Below are positions 6,810 through 9,687 of a stretch of DNA of 9,687 bases, piece after piece. The first letter of the stretch is position 1; each line of letters opens with the position of its first letter. The stretch is from Candidatus Nanopusillus sp. (GTDB lineage: Archaea; Nanobdellota; Nanobdellia; Nanobdellales; Nanobdellaceae): positions 1-9,687 of the forward strand of contig DAIUEN010000008.1 in assembly GCA_036845085.1 (NCBI GenBank), read 5' to 3'. The position numbers and the translations under genes were made by a program. A model generated the notes under the pieces. It saw nothing but the letters and a program-made list of their open reading frames with translations, made no database searches and was not told the DNA's origin.

Positions 6810-7061
6810 ATGTTAAACAATTATCAAAAAGGACGTGCTAAAGAATATCGAATCAAACAAAAATTAAAAAAAGAAGGATATTATACTATTAGAAGTGCAG
6901 GATCACATTCATATTTTGATTTGATTGCAATAAACAAAGAAAAAAAAGAAATATTACTTATACAAGTAAAATCAAATAAAACCAAAAAAATAGAAGAATT
7001 TTATCAAAAATTAAATAATGAGTTTAGTGGACAATACACTGTTAAAGTTGTATTATTGTAA
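6810..7061 (+). CDS. hjc: Minimal archaeal Hjc-type Holliday-junction-resolvase-like PD-(D/E)xK nuclease (83 aa) with QxK in place of ExK
   Basis: YQKGRAKEYRIKQKLKKEGYYTIRSAGSHSYFDLIAINKEKKEILLIQVKS aligns by eye with my recollection of Pyrococcus Hjc ([48 protein letters not shown]). E12, the RSAGS motif, D37 and K54 are conserved. The position of catalytic Glu46 is Gln52 (CAA, 6963-6965). The protein stops about 40 aa short of the roughly 120-140 aa typical of Hjc. Confidence 0.7.
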   Translation: MLNNYQKGRAKEYRIKQKLKKEGYYTIRSAGSHSYFDLIAINKEKKEILLIQVKSNKTKKIEEFYQKLNNEFSGQYTVKVVLL

Positions 7062-7064
7062 CAA

Positions 7065-7412
7065 TTAGCTAGTGTAATTTTGTTTTTGTTTCTTTTTATT
7101 TTGTAGAGTCAACTTATATGTTACTATTACTAACTCATCTTTAAATTCAACATTTGTAACTTGCATGCTTTTGATTTCTATATTATTATCGTCATAATAT
7201 TTACTTTTTAGTTCTTTTTCTATATATTGTTTTAGATAATCTTTAACATGATTTTTCTCAAAATAATTTTTTACTATTTCCCGTATAATAAATCTTCTTT
7301 GTAATTGGTAATACCATCTCATTGTTTGTAAAATATCTTGAGCTTTGATACTAATATCACTAAATAAATTGCCATCTTGATCAAAATAAACACTAACGTA
7401 TACATAACTCAT
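7065..7412 (-). CDS. Hypothetical protein (115 aa from the internal ATG; the track ORF extends to 7544)
   Basis: This is the only convincing minus-strand gene. It converges on the hjc-like gene with a 3-bp gap. The track start at 7544 would overlap the divergent gene's ATG (7536) and adds 44 low-complexity codons across the intergenic AT-rich region. The ATG at 7412-7410 (MSYVYVSVYFDQDGN...) begins the part with protein-like composition. No motif recognised. Confidence 0.6.
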   Translation of the reverse strand: MSYVYVSVYFDQDGNLFSDISIKAQDILQTMRWYYQLQRRFIIREIVKNYFEKNHVKDYLKQYIEKELKSKYYDDNNIEIKSMQVTNVEFKDELVIVTYKLTLQNKKKQKQNYTS

Positions 7413-7467
7413 ATTCCTATATATTATGTAAAAAAATTTATTAGTTTTTGTGTTTATGTTTTTAAAA

Positions 7468-7531
7468 CTACAATGTAGTACTAGTATATACACTAGTAGC
7501 AAAAATTTATTAATATTTCGTATTAATATTT
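7468..7531. promoter_or_regulatory. Palindrome-rich and repeat-rich divergent control region
   Basis: CTACA-A-TGTAG lies at 7468-7478. TACTAGT (7479-7485) and ACTAGTA (7492-7498) are inverted repeats around ATATAC, giving two ACTAGT cores 12 bp apart. TATTAATATTT is directly repeated at 7508-7518 and 7521-7531, ending 5 nt before the ATG at 7536 (TATA-like, compatible with a short or absent leader). Confidence 0.4.
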
Positions 7532-7535
7532 TATT

Positions 7536-7790
7536 ATGGCTCAATTGGTTCAGATACCTACAAGCGAAATTTTGTCTAAGCTGAGAGATACAATAAAGAG
7601 CCTAGAAGTATTAGAGAACAGCAGTATGAATATAATTCTTGGCTTTGAGGTTAAAATAACCAAAGTATCACAATATAGGTATTTAGCGAATTTATCAAAA
7701 TTTGAAATAACTGAAAAAGATAAATTAGTTGGAATAAGGATAAAAGATTTATTGATATTCTTAATAAAGAAAAATGAGAGATCCAATTGA
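7536..7790 (+). CDS. Small hypothetical protein (84 aa), first gene of a three-gene overlapping cassette
   Basis: ORF with composition like its neighbours. It overlaps the next gene by 17 nt. The N-terminus QLVQIPTSEILSKLRD is faintly AbrB/SpoVT-like, but I cannot support that call. Confidence 0.65.
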   Translation: MAQLVQIPTSEILSKLRDTIKSLEVLENSSMNIILGFEVKITKVSQYRYLANLSKFEITEKDKLVGIRIKDLLIFLIKKNERSN

Positions 7791-8343
7791 ACAAATAAAA
7801 TTTTATCTAGATCAAGTAAAAGCAGATATACTAGAGCAAATAAAACAAACTAAAAAAGAGATAATAGAATATATTGACAAAAATCTAAATAAAATATCAG
7901 AAACTAAACCAAAAAGAAATTTCAACATCGAAAACTATATTAAAATAACAGATTATTTATTACAATTACACAAAGAAAAACCAACCAAAGCATATTTATA
8001 TAATCAACTAATAAAAGATATAAACAATAAACTAAATATAGAACAAGATGAAATCAAAAATATACTTAATTTATTAATTAAAAAAAGAATATTATTTAAA
8101 ATAGATTCTCCAAATAATGAGGAATTATATATAATATCTAAAAAAATACTGAGATATCAAAATAAAAAATCAAATACTAATCAAGATAATAAAAAACAAG
8201 AAACACAAAGTACTCAAGATCAACAACAAGATCAAAACAAAAATGAAAGTACAGTGAAACCAGCTGAAGTTCTTGATTTATCAGTATCTAAAAAATATGT
8301 TTCTAGACAAGCAGTTGATCAGTATTCTAGAGAAATCTATTAA
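7774..8343 (+). CDS. Hypothetical protein with a possible winged-helix DNA-binding core and a Q/N/K-rich low-complexity region
   Basis: 189-aa ORF. The segment ITDYLLQLHKEKPTKAYLYNQLIKDINNKLNIEQDEIKNILNLLIKKRILFKIDSPNNEELYIIS has a helix-helix-helix-hairpin pattern typical of wHTH domains (inference only). The low-complexity stretch is NKKSNTNQDNKKQETQSTQDQQQDQNKNES. Confidence 0.7.
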   Translation: MRDPIEQIKFYLDQVKADILEQIKQTKKEIIEYIDKNLNKISETKPKRNFNIENYIKITDYLLQLHKEKPTKAYLYNQLIKDINNKLNIEQDEIKNILNLLIKKRILFKIDSPNNEELYIISKKILRYQNKKSNTNQDNKKQETQSTQDQQQDQNKNESTVKPAEVLDLSVSKKYVSRQAVDQYSREIY

Positions 8344-9687
8344 AAGAAGAGAAGATATAGCTGCATTCTATGAATTAGCAAGTTTAGTATCTAATAACAA
8401 AAGCATAGATTTAAAAGAACTAGAAAGATTATTTCAAATTTATATAAAAAGTAAGAATGATACACTATTAAAATTGGAGTTATCAAAATATGGAAAAACT
8501 ACATTTTTTGGAAGGATACAAGCATGGAAAGTAGATATTTCTAGAAAACTAATAATTGTAAGATTGTCAGATAAATTAAGGGCAATAATTCCATTAGATT
8601 TATTTGAATCTTTAGATCCCTACGAAATAATACGAGAATTAGATAACCTAATAGAAATGCAAATAGTACGAAATGGTGGAAATAATCTTGTGATATCACT
8701 AACTACGTATAATATAAATGAAGACAAAAATTCTGCACAAAAAATATTAGAACAAGAACATCCAATTAAAGTTTTAGTAGAAGCATTAGGATTTTACTTT
8801 AATTATAATACATTTAGGGCAAACCTACCGAGAATAATTGCATTATTTAAGGTTCCTGTTGATGTCTATGCATCTTCAGCAATTCATCTACTACAATTTA
8901 CATTACCTGGAACAGGAAAATCAACAACAATGTACAAATTATGGAATATTTTAAATTTAGAGATCATAGGAGGTGGTCTACCATCTCCTGCTAAACTTAT
9001 TTATAATGCACAAACTCATGAAAAAGGATTAGTATATACAAGAGATTATATTATATTAGATGAATTTGATAAAAGTATCAAAAAAGAAAACTATGAATTT
9101 TTTAGTATGATACAATCAGGTATGGCTAATGGAATATGGACAAGAGAAAAATCTACAAAACTTCCATTAGGTAAACTTAAAAAAGATACTACTTTAATAT
9201 TCTTCGGAAATATAGAAGGAAATCTACTTAGAAATACAGAAAACTTTAGAGATTATATTGAAAGATATATACACGGTGTTCTAGAATCGGAAAATATAGC
9301 AAAAGCTTTTACAGATAGAATTTCAATAATCGATTTATATACTGGCAAACCATTAGTAGAATATACACATGATAAAATACCAATAGCTGCCATATTACGA
9401 GGTATCTTTAGAATTTTAGAAGAAAAAGCATATCAAATTGAAGCTCCAAACTTTGATCTAATTGGAAGACAGAGAATTCATGCAAAACAAATATACAAAG
9501 TTATAAGAGCATTAGGAATAGAAGAACCTCTAGCATATGAATTTACTCAAAATTTAGTTACTGGTGATGCTAACATAGAAAATACGTATAAAGAAGTATA
9601 TAAACAGATTACAGGAAAAGATCCTGATTCAGAATCTAATAAAAAATCAGATACATCGGAACTTGTCAAAAAAATAGAGATAAAAGA
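8297..9687 (+). CDS. AAA+ ATPase of the MCM / BrxL(Lon-like) / MoxR clade with an N-terminal domain of about 200 aa; 3' partial (runs off the window); candidate replicative helicase or initiator
   Basis: Not in the supplied track. I translated frame 2 by hand. There is a stop at 8255-8257, the first ATG is at 8297, and no stop follows through 9687 (463 codons). Walker A is LPGTGKST (nt 8906-8926). Walker B is YIILDEFDK (nt 9050-9073), matching the MCM-style DEFDK. The next segment FFSMIQSGMANGIWTREKS resembles the helix-2-insert region. The sensor-1-like motif is TTLIFFGN (N305, nt 9209-9211). The Arg-finger-like motif is AFTDRISIIDL (R341, nt 9317-9319; compare MCM LLSRFDLIF and MoxR LLDRF). 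Confidence 0.85.
   Translation, partial: MFLDKQLISILEKSIKRREDIAAFYELASLVSNNKSIDLKELERLFQIYIKSKNDTLLKLELSKYGKTTFFGRIQAWKVDISRKLIIVRLSDKLRAIIPLDLFESLDPYEIIRELDNLIEMQIVRNGGNNLVISLTTYNINEDKNSAQKILEQEHPIKVLVEALGFYFNYNTFRANLPRIIALFKVPVDVYASSAIHLLQFTLPGTGKSTTMYKLWNILNLEIIGGGLPSPAKLIYNAQTHEKGLVYTRDYIILDEFDKSIKKENYEFFSMIQSGMANGIWTREKSTKLPLGKLKKDTTLIFFGNIEGNLLRNTENFRDYIERYIHGVLESENIAKAFTDRISIIDLYTGKPLVEYTHDKIPIAAILRGIFRILEEKAYQIEAPNFDLIGRQRIHAKQIYKVIRALGIEEPLAYEFTQNLVTGDANIENTYKEVYKQITGKDPDSESNKKSDTSELVKKIEIK

Noticed and set aside
7413-7544. Upstream extension of the minus-strand gene (track start 7544)
   Set aside because: It would overlap the ATG of the divergent gene at 7536 and turn the palindrome-rich and TATA-rich intergenic region into coding sequence. 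Those 44 residues look like translated AT-rich spacer.
7550-7786. 78-aa minus-strand ORF
   Set aside because: It is antisense to almost the whole 7536-7790 gene. The plus-strand gene is favoured because it heads an overlapping three-gene cassette with a plausible promoter. The call is not certain.
8258-8343. Possible frameshift fusion of the 189-aa protein with the AAA+ ATPase (both frames are open for 86 nt, with an A6 run at 8290-8295)
   Set aside because: Going from frame 1 to frame 2 needs a +1 or -2 shift, so the A-run cannot serve as a standard -1 slippery site. An in-frame ATG at 8297 gives a simple overlapping-start explanation that matches the other junctions in the window.
1-9687. 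Alternative origins: AT-rich bacterium (Mollicutes or an insect endosymbiont) or a eukaryotic or organellar sequence; also CRISPR, tRNA or IS content
   Set aside because: TGA clearly acts as a stop (three ATGA junctions) while Trp is encoded by TGG, which argues against genetic code 4. There are no introns or eukaryote-style gene spacing. The Hjc-type and MCM-clade motifs favour Archaea. I found no regularly spaced repeat array, tRNA-like cloverleaf or T-loop motif, transposase or integrase.

Overview
Very AT-rich window (about a quarter G+C by eye, not computed). It is tightly packed and almost entirely coded on the plus strand. I see no rRNA, tRNA, CRISPR array, integrase or transposase, and no housekeeping gene I recognise. 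It reads like part of an archaeal virus, provirus or plasmid with three parts. (1) 25-5422 is a seven-gene operon with ATGA or longer start/stop overlaps. It encodes a 631-aa membrane-anchored protein with about 23 N-glycosylation sequons, two polytopic membrane proteins, a coiled-coil protein, a C-terminally anchored protein with a sequon-rich tail, a helical acidic protein and a P-loop NTPase. Together these look like a virion envelope or morphogenesis module. (2) 5423-6126 is a 704-bp gene-free interval. It holds helically phased, inverted TGGGTACCCA boxes around an A7T11 tract, plus several GC-rich palindromic islands. These are candidates for an origin, an operator or structured RNAs. (3) 6127-9687 holds a coiled-coil protein and an 83-aa minimal Hjc-type PD-(D/E)xK nuclease in which the ExK glutamate is glutamine. 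It also holds one minus-strand gene, a palindrome-rich divergent control region and a three-gene overlapping cassette. That cassette ends in an AAA+ ATPase of more than 463 aa with MCM/BrxL-clade motifs. The ATPase is missing from the supplied ORF track because it runs off the window end. The archaeal assignment is an inference from the Hjc-like and MCM-clade motifs, sequon density, TATA-like AT boxes with few Shine-Dalgarno sites, and TGA used as a stop. All functional calls come from motif reading by eye, with no database search.
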